Source of the DNA: Clostridia bacterium
GTDB taxonomy: Bacteria > Bacillota > Clostridia > Christensenellales > Aristaeellaceae
NCBI GenBank assembly: GCA_017464305.1
Contig: JAFUDS010000001.1
Coordinates: forward strand, 153,812 to 217,811
DNA: 64,000 nt
Direction: 5' to 3'
In this document: piece after piece, positions 8,600-17,941 of the stretch
How the letters are laid out: each line of letters begins with the position of its first letter
Numbering within the stretch: position 1 is the stretch's first letter
Made by a program: the position numbers and the translations under genes
Notes under the pieces: model-generated
Databases searched by the model: none
Seen by the model: only the letters and a program-made list of their open reading frames with translations
What the model was told of the DNA's origin: nothing

Positions 8600-10654
8600 T
8601 CATCTCCATTCTTCCGGCAATTCTGCGTTATCTACCTCTGTAAAGCCTGGTATCACCATCTGCTCGATTCTTTCTGTCCACGCATGCTGGGGCGGAAGGC
8701 CCTTCACATCCGACAGAGTGCGGCTTCGCCGGTCGAAATACAGCTTGATGATTTCATCGACAATGCCCAGATCACGGTTCTTCATAATCTCAATGACCGT
8801 GGTGACATCCGGCTCAATCACCAGCTTGGGATAGACCGTCTTGTAACGCATCATGAAGTCCGCATTGACCCTGTGAACCATCATCACGTTATCCGCCGCG
8901 TTGGTGATGTCTGCCGTGCCGCTGATGTCGCCCTTCCGGGGAAAGGCTTCCGTCTTTCGCGGATGGCAGATAAAGTGCACATGGACGTTCAGCTCCTTGG
9001 CCATGGCGGAAAAGCGCTTGACGATCCGGGTCTGCATGTCGTACTTGTCCATGGAGCCGGTGGGAATATCCAGCGCCATGAGGTTGTCGATGATGACGAC
9101 AGATGCGCCATTCTTCTTCACCCAGTCATAGACCGTGTTTGTCACAACCTCCCAGTCCGTGCCAAAGTCGTTATCGTAAATCGAGAGCTTGCCGCCCAGC
9201 ATGGCATCCAGCTTCTCCTCAATGCCGGGCTTCAGGCAGTAATGGTTGGGATTCAGCTGATCCTGCATCACAAAGTCAGGGCCGGCTGCCTGAAGCAGCA
9301 CCCATTCCCGGACGCGGGAAGCGGTCATTTCCCCGGAGAACATGGCCACCTTATAGCCCTCTGTCACAGCGGCCAGTCCGATCTGGCTCACCAGGGTGGA
9401 TTTCCCCGAAGCATTGCCGCCGCTCCACACGGTCATCTCGCCCTTGTTGAAGCCGCCGATCTTGGCATCCAATGCCTGAAAGCGGGAGCGGATCACAACG
9501 ATCTTGCTGCGGTCGTAGTTGGGGATCTCGGCAAAATCCAGCATTCTCGGTTGACCTGGCTTGACTGCGGGGAAAGCAGCCGCTGCACCATCTGTCAGGG
9601 GGCGCCCCGGTGCTTTGAAGCTGACAGCCTGATGCACGCTGTAGGGGCTGTTGGCATAGGCGGAAGGATCCACCTTTTCCCGGAACTCATGCCAGTGGTA
9701 TCCGGCACAGCTGTTGTGAAAGCAGTGAAAGCCGAAGCTGCCATTACTGTAGGCAAAGACCGCCGCATCTCCATGCTTGTGGGAGCCATCGAACGGGCAT
9801 TCCGCCAGCTGATACTTCATACCTGTGCTGATGGGGATCTTCTTGATAACCTCAATGTGATGATCTGAAAGAAACTGATCCAGATCGAAGACAGATGTGG
9901 GGGAACCGGAGAAAGCTGCGCCGCGCTGACGGGGATTCTCCTGAGGGGAAACCGCCTTCTGACGCTCGAAGGCAATATTCCGGATCAGATCCATCGGTGT
10001 GGCTTCGACCTTTTCCGGCTTGCGGATGATGCCGCTTCTGCGGTGCGGCCGCTCCGGTGTGCTTGCGCCCTTGGTGGCAATGGTGCCGTAAAGCTTGGTA
10101 ATCCGTGCCGGGTTAAAGACTGCGGTGTCGATCTTGACCTGCTCTGTGCTGAACCACATATCGAGGACAGACAGGAAATCTGCCAGTACCTGCTTTTCCT
10201 TTGGGCTTGCGTGAATGTGAAAGAGCAGGTGATAGCCATTGCCGCTGTCTGCAACGATGGGTTCGCTGAAGCCCATGGCCATCAGCTTCTTCATCGTCAT
10301 GCCCGCCACCCGGCGGGCAGCTTCCTTCTCTTCGCGGGAAGCGCTGACACCGCTGGGTCTGACAGGATCCGCATCAATCAGCAGCCACTGGTAGCCGGCG
10401 ATATCGCCGTCCGTGGTCGTCTCCCGGGGACGCTCCAGCAGCCGCTCATGCTGATCCCGCGCATAGCAAGCGCTCTTCACGCGGTTCATGGTCTGGTAGA
10501 AGGTGCGGTTCGGATACCGGGAAAGCTCCTTGACGATGGCCGGACTGTCTGCTCTGAAATACCCGCTGATCACCGGCTTGGGATCAATGCTCCGGATCTC
10601 GATAATCTCATCCGGCTCATGCAGCAGGCCAAGTCCGCTCACCATGACGTCCAT
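8600..10654 (-). CDS. AEP-type primase / Zn-finger / DnaB(Twinkle)-like helicase fusion
   Basis: LLIDADP and DSGNGYH AEP motifs; CPF..H..CFHNSC; SGGNASGKS Walker A, IIDNL, HPRK, ISGT SF4 helicase motifs. Confidence 0.85.
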   Translation of the reverse strand: MDVMVSGLGLLHEPDEIIEIRSIDPKPVISGYFRADSPAIVKELSRYPNRTFYQTMNRVKSACYARDQHERLLERPRETTTDGDIAGYQWLLIDADPVRPSGVSASREEKEAARRVAGMTMKKLMAMGFSEPIVADSGNGYHLLFHIHASPKEKQVLADFLSVLDMWFSTEQVKIDTAVFNPARITKLYGTIATKGASTPERPHRRSGIIRKPEKVEATPMDLIRNIAFERQKAVSPQENPRQRGAAFSGSPTSVFDLDQFLSDHHIEVIKKIPISTGMKYQLAECPFDGSHKHGDAAVFAYSNGSFGFHCFHNSCAGYHWHEFREKVDPSAYANSPYSVHQAVSFKAPGRPLTDGAAAAFPAVKPGQPRMLDFAEIPNYDRSKIVVIRSRFQALDAKIGGFNKGEMTVWSGGNASGKSTLVSQIGLAAVTEGYKVAMFSGEMTASRVREWVLLQAAGPDFVMQDQLNPNHYCLKPGIEEKLDAMLGGKLSIYDNDFGTDWEVVTNTVYDWVKKNGASVVIIDNLMALDIPTGSMDKYDMQTRIVKRFSAMAKELNVHVHFICHPRKTEAFPRKGDISGTADITNAADNVMMVHRVNADFMMRYKTVYPKLVIEPDVTTVIEIMKNRDLGIVDEIIKLYFDRRSRTLSDVKGLPPQHAWTERIEQMVIPGFTEVDNAELPEEWR

Positions 10655-11535
10655 TCTTCATCCTCCTCGGTCATCTCGGGCTGCTGTACATAGCTGCGCC
10701 AGGTCTCCTTTTCCAGCCATTTCACAATGCCGGGAATAAAGCGCCCGTTTTCCTCCTGCCAGCCGTAAGACTGTTTTTCCGCCTCCAGTGCGGACAAAAT
10801 GGCATTGATCGTCGCGCCTTCATCCAGGGCTTTGGCTACCAGCCGCGCTGCCTCTCTTCTCAGGTTCCTCCGGCTCGCCGGGTAAGCAATCCACACATCG
10901 GTAAAGCCCTGGGGTTCCGATGGTGGTAAAGAAGCTGTACTGTTCTTCTTTATAGGGTTAGTCTCCATGGTGGAGCCACTATCGCTCTTTCTGGCTTCAC
11001 CGTGAGGCCAGTTTGTCTTCATCGTGGAACCAGCTTTCTGGCCGCTGGCTTCATCATGAGGCCAGGCCGTTTTGGTTTCCGGCTCCGTTTCTGGCACCAG
11101 CATGGAGCCAGCTGCAACCCATCTGGCTTCGTTTCTGGCCTCATCATAGAGCCAGGCCAAATCGTCATCGATGGCATCCGGCCAGTGAACGATATGCACC
11201 AGGGTTCCCGTACGGGGGACGCTGCGGACAGTTACCAGTCCGGCAGCGACAAGCGCCTGCAGCTTTCGATCCAGCTTATTCCGCGACCAGATCAGTGCCT
11301 CTGCGGCATGACGTCTGGAAAGCGGCATATCCCCTGGCTGCAAGGAAAGCCCGCGCCATTTGAAATCGTTATGGCTCGCGCAGGAAAAGCAATAGAGGTA
11401 CAGCTTGACTGCGCCGTCGTCCTGCCAGACTTGCGCAGCTGCTGCCTGCGAGATCAGTTCGGCTAACTGCTTCATGCCGTAAAACACGATCCTTTCTTCT
11501 CCCGCAGGTGCGCAGGTGACAGCACCCAGGCGCAC
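10639..11535 (-). CDS. Phage-like replication initiator (N-terminal wHTH, internal iterons); start uncertain
   Basis: KLYLY..wHTH N-terminus, FTDVWIAYP...WLEKETW C-terminus typical of phage initiators; internal repeats. Confidence 0.7.
   Translation of the reverse strand: MRLGAVTCAPAGEERIVFYGMKQLAELISQAAAAQVWQDDGAVKLYLYCFSCASHNDFKWRGLSLQPGDMPLSRRHAAEALIWSRNKLDRKLQALVAAGLVTVRSVPRTGTLVHIVHWPDAIDDDLAWLYDEARNEARWVAAGSMLVPETEPETKTAWPHDEASGQKAGSTMKTNWPHGEARKSDSGSTMETNPIKKNSTASLPPSEPQGFTDVWIAYPASRRNLRREAARLVAKALDEGATINAILSALEAEKQSYGWQEENGRFIPGIVKWLEKETWRSYVQQPEMTEEDEEWTSW
10966..11156. repeat. Six ~15-bp iteron-like repeats (approx. CAYCRTGRRGCCAG) inside the initiator gene; putative origin
   Basis: Copies start at 10966, 10998, 11020, 11052, 11098 and 11142; a more AT-rich stretch is adjacent at ~10925-10960. 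Confidence 0.65.
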
Positions 11536-11565
11536 CCGCAGGGTATGTATTTATCTTTCCTGGCC

Positions 11566-12042
11566 TTAACGTCGGATGGTCAGGTGTACATGCACCTGGA
11601 GCCAGAGATCTGCTTCAAGCGGAAGGTCGCCATCGCCGCATTCTTCTGCATCTGGGCCTTCATCTGAAGGCGGGCACATGCTGCCGAACCCTTCGCATTC
11701 ATCGTCTGCTGCTTCATCCGAATCTGATTCCTCTTCATAGCGGTCATATTGCCAATCCTCCATTTCGTTCATCGTGCAGGTCTGGAAGGGAAACGCTGTG
11801 CCCCTGGTAGAGAGACGGTTGAGTTCCCATCCCACGGGAATGCTGCTCTCTGCCTCGGATACCAGATGGCGGCAGAGCGGGCACACATAGCCGTCTGATG
11901 CCAGCACATCGTGGTTCGTCAGCGCCTCCATGGGCGTGATGCGGACTTTTTCACCGCAGAGCCTGCATACTTGGGTCTGCACAACCGGCGGATACCCTTG
12001 CACCCGGTGTACCGGCGGATAGAAGGTGTTGGTGATGTACAT
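11566..12042 (-). CDS. Hypothetical Zn-ribbon protein with acidic C-terminal half
   Basis: CRLC...CPLC; GAGG RBS. Confidence 0.65.
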   Translation of the reverse strand: MYITNTFYPPVHRVQGYPPVVQTQVCRLCGEKVRITPMEALTNHDVLASDGYVCPLCRHLVSEAESSIPVGWELNRLSTRGTAFPFQTCTMNEMEDWQYDRYEEESDSDEAADDECEGFGSMCPPSDEGPDAEECGDGDLPLEADLWLQVHVHLTIRR

Positions 12043-12077
12043 GCGCTACCTCTCTTTCTGGCGGGTTTTCATCCCGT

Positions 12078-12115
12078 CACCTTTCAATGTAAAAATCAGG
12101 GCAAAGTGGAAACAC
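12078..12115 (-). promoter_or_regulatory. 38-bp motif copy A, upstream of the replication operon
   Basis: GTGTTTCCACTTTGCCCTGATTTTTACATTGAAAGGTG on the minus strand; 35/38 identical to 19796-19833. Confidence 0.75.
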
Positions 12116-12117
12116 TT

Positions 12118-12615
12118 TTAGAAAAAAAGTTTGGAGGACGCTTTGAAGTAGCTGATCAGGTAAGCCATCCTGCGGTTGATTATGGTGTGAGACACCCCCA
12201 GGATCTCGGCAATCTCACGATTGGAGAGGTTGTCTTCAAAGCGCATGCGGAGCATCCTGCCGCCATACTGAACCCGCTGCTCTGCCGCCGCATAAACGCG
12301 CTCCATCGTGATCGCGGAAAGGACTTCCGCTTCCACATTGCATTCAGCGGCCATGGACAGAATGCGTTCCGCGTTGAACTCATCCTCCGTCCAGAAGCGT
12401 CCATTGGTGCGATAGCGGCAGTTCTGGCAGTCGCCCTGGCATGCGCTGAAGCTCTTCTGAGCACAGCGGTATTCGCTTCGCGCACTGTAGCGAATGTGAT
12501 TGTTCTCTTTGCGGATCATTTGATACACCTCGTGTGATACCGTGATTCTTTCGCCATTGATCATCAGGTAATTGGAGCTGCTATCCTTGTTGCTTTTCTG
12601 GTTGTTGCTTTCCAT
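12118..12615 (-). CDS. Sigma-70 family (region 4) factor, ICE-type
   Basis: C-terminal LSNREIAEILGVSHTIINRR HTH; Cys cluster (CQGDCQNC); ATG at 12615 with AGGAGG RBS. Confidence 0.75.
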   Translation of the reverse strand: MESNNQKSNKDSSSNYLMINGERITVSHEVYQMIRKENNHIRYSARSEYRCAQKSFSACQGDCQNCRYRTNGRFWTEDEFNAERILSMAAECNVEAEVLSAITMERVYAAAEQRVQYGGRMLRMRFEDNLSNREIAEILGVSHTIINRRMAYLISYFKASSKLFF

Positions 12616-12621
12616 GAAGAA

Positions 12622-12740
12622 AGCCCTCCTTTCGGTCGTTGCCGAATGGAGGGCTCCCAGGAAATAAGCTGCCAGCACAAAGCTACACAGCCGAAGGAAA
12701 GTTATCTCCATTCGGCTGCAGCTGCACTTCCAATGCTGGC
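12622..12740 (-). promoter_or_regulatory. Structured 5' leader with RBS-sequestering hairpin and alternative pairing
   Basis: Hairpin 12622-12655 contains the RBS; hairpin 12688-12718; 12706-12716 is a perfect complement of 12641-12651. Confidence 0.6.
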
Positions 12741-13052
12741 TGCATTCGTATTCAGTTCAGGTCTGCTTTGTGTGGAAGCGGTACTGATCAGGCACCATCG
12801 CGCTGCATTCCTGCGGCCGGATTTTCCGTCCGTGGTGACAGCTTAACACACGGTCTCCAAAAACGTTTTCAGTTTTTGAAAACCTCGCAAAGCGTTGTAG
12901 CACAAGGCTTTCCGGGCATTTTCCAGGCTTTCCGGAATGGACGAAAGGACGGTTTTACTGAGCTTTCCGGACCAAAAGTTTTCACGAAATGAAATTATTT
13001 TTTTGAGATTCTGAATAATGTCTACAGCTGGCGGGCAATGCGGGCCAAAACG

Positions 13053-13097
13053 AAAAAAAGCCCTATGCAGCAAGTCTCGTGACTTCTGCATAGGGCT
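13053..13097 (-). terminator. Intrinsic terminator
   Basis: AGCCCTATGCAG/CTGCATAGGGCT stem followed by T7 on the minus strand. Confidence 0.8.
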
Positions 13098-13450
13098 GTG
13101 CCTTACAAGGTGTCAGCGCACCGAGCTGCCCGACTGCCATCTGGCACAGGGGACAGGGACTGATTCCACACCTCAGCTTAATCGATTAAGTTCTCATATC
13201 GTGCCACAGCAAGATCATATCCCATCCTCCCAGGTACGATTGTTAACATCCTGGGCATGGGTGTCAAGCGGCTTGCTGCGCACGGCACGGCATCCCCATC
13301 ATCTCGAATCCTCTCTGCCGGATTGTTCCGGCGCAGGCATTGGGTGATCCGCTCGAAAGCGAACCTTATAGTGATTCACCTCAGGATCCCCGCGCGGAAA
13401 CCCAGTCAAACCATGCTTTCATAGTTTGAGACCTGAAGTCAGCCAGGCTT
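13098..13450. ncRNA. Candidate ~350-nt structured non-coding RNA
   Basis: Nested stems 13200-13289 plus several further hairpins; no credible ORF; strand ambiguous. Confidence 0.4.
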
Positions 13451-13453
13451 CTG

Positions 13454-15316
13454 TTATTCATCAAAGAGCAGTCTATGGCTCTCAACAACTGTTTCGATGT
13501 CCTCCATGAAAAGGCAGTCGATAATGCACTGGTACCGATAGTATCGCACCATCACCGCACGGGTGAACCTGGTCATCTCCAGGAACATGGATGACAAAAG
13601 CGGCGGAAGCTGCAGGCCAATGATAATTCGGGTGACATCCTGAATGCTGTAATCATAATCATCCTCGCGGCACATACGGCTGATCTTGGCTTCGCTTATT
13701 CCCGAGGCAGCAGCAAGACCGCGCTGTGTCTTCACACGATCCTTGATCAGCTTCGACAATGCTTTGGCTGGACGGCGCGGGAGCGAATCCAGATATTCCA
13801 GATTTTTTTCTTCCAGCTCGTCCTTGGGCATACCGGCGATATCGAGAGAATGTACCATGAGATAGCATTCATTGTACTCGTCATCATAGTGGAGCTCTCC
13901 CACCCGATAATGGTCTGAGGAGATATGGTAGATACGCTTGAACTTCATGCAGCACTGATCCACGTGACCCAGCGCCCATTTGGTCATCAGGTACCCTCTT
14001 TTCGTTGAGCCGACATATTGTGACTGATTCAGGCAAACATGCCCATCCGCATAGACAAAAACATGGGAGTTAATCACTTCACGGAAATGAGCGTCTTTCT
14101 CATACATCTCCGTAAATTGCGACCGACTGATGACGAAGGTTTCTCCTGGGGAAAGGCTTTCTGTATCAAAGGCAAAGCTTGCAATATAGTGGCCGTCTAC
14201 ATAGTTGAGCGCTCCCTTTGCCCCAATGTTGCCCATCGTGATCATCCGGGTCTTGATAATCGTGCGTGGCTTTTGCTTGTCTGAAGCGATCTTGCAGATA
14301 ATCCCGGCCAGCTTCTGCCCAAGGTTATCCGCATTATTGGCAACCTCCCTCCAGTATTTCCTGACCATGGGTTCAAAAACAGGTCTCGGAAACATCGCTG
14401 CAATGCCAACAAAGCTGGCCTGACGCTCTACCCAGCAAATATCCTTTTCAGCTGGCTTGGATGCCTCATCCGCCTCCTGATAATCCAGCATCTGCAGGTC
14501 TGACGCATGCAGATTTTGCAATTCAAAGAACATGGAGTGCCATTCATAATGTCCGCACTCATGATAGATATCACGGTCGATATCTACATGCTGCAGATGG
14601 TTCTCGTTGATCAGGATCGTCTTTTCAGGGATAACTATCTCCTTGAACTCTTCATCATCGGTGCCTGTCCCAGCTGCGCCGGAGGCGACAACCCTGGCGT
14701 GTCCTTCTTTCAGATAGAGAACAGCGCCGGTGTAATGATTTCTGTACAGGGATGCTGATTGGATCTTCAGCCCCATGGCCTTTGCCAGCTGATTGGCACC
14801 ATATTCCCTGTCCTCCTTGACTGCGTTCTCGCCCAGGTATTTCTGGAGCATCTCCTGCACCAGAACCTCCATTTCATCGTAGGTGAGCACGGGAACGAGA
14901 TATTTGGTCAGCTTGGGCAGGTTGCGCTCAGGCAGAGCATACGTAGTGAAGTCTTTGATGCCCGGATGCAGCGTAATGCCGCCATTGAGCGTAATCTCTG
15001 CGGTAAAGTTGATAATGCGGATGATAAACCGCGGAATACTCCCGTCCTTGGGCAGTCCGAATTTCACCCGCATTTTACAGTCGGCAATCAGGTTCGTTCG
15101 GTCAACACGCCAGGGCTCGGCACGCACCAGCTCCGTGCTGTTCGGGTCGATGACGATTTCCGAGTCTTTGCAATCCACATCCAAGCCTTCCACAAGGTTC
15201 ATGGACATGGCTGCCTTGATTTCTTCCAGCAGATCATCCATATAATGATTTGCGAGGTATTCCTTCAGGCTCTGCAGAACAGGAGCCATTTCAACGGACT
15301 TACTTTTGTTGGACAT
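13454..15316 (-). CDS. ImmA/IrrE-family metallopeptidase with C-terminal HTH
   Basis: IYHECGH HExxH and WVERQA motif; C-terminal TQRGLAAASGISEAKISRM HTH. Confidence 0.75.
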   Translation of the reverse strand: MSNKSKSVEMAPVLQSLKEYLANHYMDDLLEEIKAAMSMNLVEGLDVDCKDSEIVIDPNSTELVRAEPWRVDRTNLIADCKMRVKFGLPKDGSIPRFIIRIINFTAEITLNGGITLHPGIKDFTTYALPERNLPKLTKYLVPVLTYDEMEVLVQEMLQKYLGENAVKEDREYGANQLAKAMGLKIQSASLYRNHYTGAVLYLKEGHARVVASGAAGTGTDDEEFKEIVIPEKTILINENHLQHVDIDRDIYHECGHYEWHSMFFELQNLHASDLQMLDYQEADEASKPAEKDICWVERQASFVGIAAMFPRPVFEPMVRKYWREVANNADNLGQKLAGIICKIASDKQKPRTIIKTRMITMGNIGAKGALNYVDGHYIASFAFDTESLSPGETFVISRSQFTEMYEKDAHFREVINSHVFVYADGHVCLNQSQYVGSTKRGYLMTKWALGHVDQCCMKFKRIYHISSDHYRVGELHYDDEYNECYLMVHSLDIAGMPKDELEEKNLEYLDSLPRRPAKALSKLIKDRVKTQRGLAAASGISEAKISRMCREDDYDYSIQDVTRIIIGLQLPPLLSSMFLEMTRFTRAVMVRYYRYQCIIDCLFMEDIETVVESHRLLFDE

Positions 15317-15329
15317 TGGCTGCTTCTCC

Positions 15330-16556
15330 TCAATGATACATTACGCCGGGCATTTTGACACTCTCACATTTGTCGGTGGCAAGATCGGTTCTTCGCCCGC
15401 AGTGGCATGCTTTGAAGATCACGTCCTTGCCGAAACGATTGCGAAGATCGTCAATTGCTCGATCCAGCCGATTCCGCTTGTCGAATGACAGATAATCGCC
15501 GAACATATCCAGCTGTTCAGGCGTTTTCTCGTCCTGAAGCTTTGAGGCTGTAATCGTCAGCGCCCTGACAGGCTTTTCCCAGCGGTAGTAAAGCAGAAAA
15601 AGCTCATACGCCGCCTGGGCAATGATGGCTGCGCTCTGTGTGGGATAGTGGATTTGGGCGACATATTCGTGGTACATAAAGCTGTTGTCCTTCACATACA
15701 GATGCACCGCTTTTGTCTTGCACTCATTGGCGATCATCCTGTGGCTGACATCCTGCGCCAGCTCATCCAGTGCCAGCCATACCGAATAGTTGTCCTCCAG
15801 ATCTCTGGTGCATGTCGCACCGTGCCCGATGGACTTCGGAGCCGGACTGTAATCTGCCGGCGCAACAGCCGAGCAGTCCGTGCCGTTGGCAAAGGCCTGC
15901 ACCATGAGGCCATTCTTTCCGAATTTTCGGGCTATGAGATCGGATGGGGCAGTCGCCAGCTGGCCAATGGTGGTTATGGAAATCTGATTCAGCTTTTGCG
16001 TTGTTCTCGGGCCTACATAGAGCAGATCCGATACCGGCAGATCCCAGCACTTCTCCTTGAAGTCTGACCTCCGTAGAACGGTAAGCGCATCCGGCTTCTT
16101 CATGTCACTTCCCAGCTTGGCCAGCGCCTTGCTGAAGGACGCCCCTATGGAAACAGTCAGTCCGGTTTCATCCTTGACCGTCTGGCGGATCTCCTCGGCG
16201 ACGCTGACGGCATCCTCCTCATCATAAGGAAGACTGATCCAGCACTCATCCATGCCGAAGGGCTCCACATTGTCGCTGTAGCGCCTATAGATGCGCTGAA
16301 GCAGCTTCGAGTATTTCAGGTACAGATCATAGTGGGGCTTGACCTTCACCAGACCGGGGCATGTCTGCGTAGCCTGCCAGTTTGCCATGCCGGTTTTCAC
16401 GCCCATCCGCTTTGCGGGATAGTTTGCGGTCAGTACGATCCCGTGTCGCTGTTCCGGATCGCCGCATACCGCGATTCGCTGGTTACGCAGCTCCGGATTC
16501 TCAACCATCTCTACTGATGCATAGAAGCAGTTAGCATCGGAATGGAGAATCATCAT
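15330..16556 (-). CDS. dinB: Y-family DNA polymerase (Pol IV/DinB-like)
   Basis: ILHSDANCFYASVE, GMDEC, AKLGSDMKKPD; C-terminal QLDMF clamp-binding motif. Confidence 0.92.
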   Translation of the reverse strand: MMILHSDANCFYASVEMVENPELRNQRIAVCGDPEQRHGIVLTANYPAKRMGVKTGMANWQATQTCPGLVKVKPHYDLYLKYSKLLQRIYRRYSDNVEPFGMDECWISLPYDEEDAVSVAEEIRQTVKDETGLTVSIGASFSKALAKLGSDMKKPDALTVLRRSDFKEKCWDLPVSDLLYVGPRTTQKLNQISITTIGQLATAPSDLIARKFGKNGLMVQAFANGTDCSAVAPADYSPAPKSIGHGATCTRDLEDNYSVWLALDELAQDVSHRMIANECKTKAVHLYVKDNSFMYHEYVAQIHYPTQSAAIIAQAAYELFLLYYRWEKPVRALTITASKLQDEKTPEQLDMFGDYLSFDKRNRLDRAIDDLRNRFGKDVIFKACHCGRRTDLATDKCESVKMPGVMYH

Positions 16557-16595
16557 GCGTATCACTTCCTTCCGGTGTCCACATCGACATTGCAA

Positions 16596-16720
16596 ATTAT
16601 AGACACAGTTATTGACTATTTTCAATACATCAAAAGTCTATTGGTGATTTTTCGCGCCACGTCTAAAACTTTGCTTGACAAACGAAATCACCGCCGATAT
16701 GATGGTCATAGTTATTGACT
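16596..16720. promoter_or_regulatory. Divergent promoters (dinB / repressor) with a duplicated operator-like 11-mer
   Basis: Minus strand TTGAAA-18-TATAAT (16625-16596); plus strand TTGACA-17-TATGAT (16675-16703); AGTTATTGACT at 16607 and 16710. Confidence 0.7.
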
Positions 16721-16735
16721 TTGGAGGTTGAGATC

Positions 16736-17584
16736 ATGCCGCGCCGTAAATTTGAAGCCACGCAGGATGGCAAAGAGAAAAACGTCCATCCGGAACCCCT
16801 GGGAACCGGTGTATGTGACAACAAGCTGTTTTATGCAGAACGGATAAAGACGCTGCGAACAGCAGCCGGCGTGACGCAAGCTGAGCTTGCCAGCAGGCTC
16901 GGTCTGACCAGAACTGCCGTGGTGAATTGGGAACAAGGAAGGTCGCGCCCGGATATCAGTAACATTCCCGTGCTCTGCCAGGCTCTAAATATCCCGATCT
17001 CGCACCTCTTCTTTTCTACCGGCAGCGATACAGGGCTGGACAGCACGGAAACCCATCTGATCCAGTCCTACCGCAACATGAACGACAAGCATCAGCGATT
17101 CATCGTCAAGATGGCAGATGAGCTGGAGGAAATGGATGCTCCTGTGAAGATGCCTGCTCCCCGGTTTCGTCTGCTTTCCTTGCCCTACGCCGAGGATGCG
17201 GTTGCAGCTGGTGTTGGAACAGACAGCTTTGAAGCCAGCTGCTCGCAGTGCTATGTACACGATACCCCCAAAATGCGCGAAGCGGACATCCTGTTTCATG
17301 TCAACGGCGACAGCATGGAGCCGACCTATCCCGATGGCTGCACCGTCATGGTTCGGAAAAGCAGCGAGGTGAACACAGGCGATATCGGCATTTTCTCTGT
17401 GGATGGGACATTGTTCATCAAGGAATACCAGCCGGATGGCCTGCACTCCATCAACCCCGCCTATCCTCCGCTGCTTTCAAAGAAGTTCGGAGAAATCCGC
17501 GCTATTGGACGTGTCATAGGCATGATGGAGGATGACGATTTCGCCAGCGAGACAGAAATCAAGTATTTCCAGTCACAGAAGTGA
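16736..17584 (+). CDS. XRE-HTH + S24 peptidase (LexA/CI-like) repressor
   Basis: HTH TQAELASRLGLTRTAVVNWE; VAAG cleavage site; VNGDSMEP and FIKE catalytic Ser/Lys. Confidence 0.9.
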   Translation: MPRRKFEATQDGKEKNVHPEPLGTGVCDNKLFYAERIKTLRTAAGVTQAELASRLGLTRTAVVNWEQGRSRPDISNIPVLCQALNIPISHLFFSTGSDTGLDSTETHLIQSYRNMNDKHQRFIVKMADELEEMDAPVKMPAPRFRLLSLPYAEDAVAAGVGTDSFEASCSQCYVHDTPKMREADILFHVNGDSMEPTYPDGCTVMVRKSSEVNTGDIGIFSVDGTLFIKEYQPDGLHSINPAYPPLLSKKFGEIRAIGRVIGMMEDDDFASETEIKYFQSQK

Positions 17585-17593
17585 GGGATCAGG

Positions 17594-17878
17594 ATGAAAT
17601 ACAAGAAACAGTACATCGATGTGGAGGTAGCCATCAACGCTTCCGGGCAGATGCTCCCGCGCATCCTTTATTGGACAGATGGCCGCAAATATACGATCTC
17701 CAAGGTGAAGTCCATTGTTCCATCCCCAGCGCTGAAGGCTGGCGGTCAGGGAGATCGTTACACCGTGATGCTTGAGAATCAGGAACGGTATATGTTCTTT
17801 GAACGTCCGACAGATTCGGACGATGCATCCATGGTGGGCAGATGGTTTGTTGAAGCGCCGGTGCTGCAGAACGGATGA
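17594..17878 (+). CDS. Conserved small protein, type associated with dinB cassettes in Clostridia
   Basis: Follows the repressor closely; ALKAGGQGDRYTV motif. Confidence 0.7.
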   Translation: MKYKKQYIDVEVAINASGQMLPRILYWTDGRKYTISKVKSIVPSPALKAGGQGDRYTVMLENQERYMFFERPTDSDDASMVGRWFVEAPVLQNG

Positions 17879-17941
17879 TATCGGCATACAAAAAAACGCA
17901 GCACGGCTGCAGGACATGTTTTCGGGAGGGGTGAGAACAGC

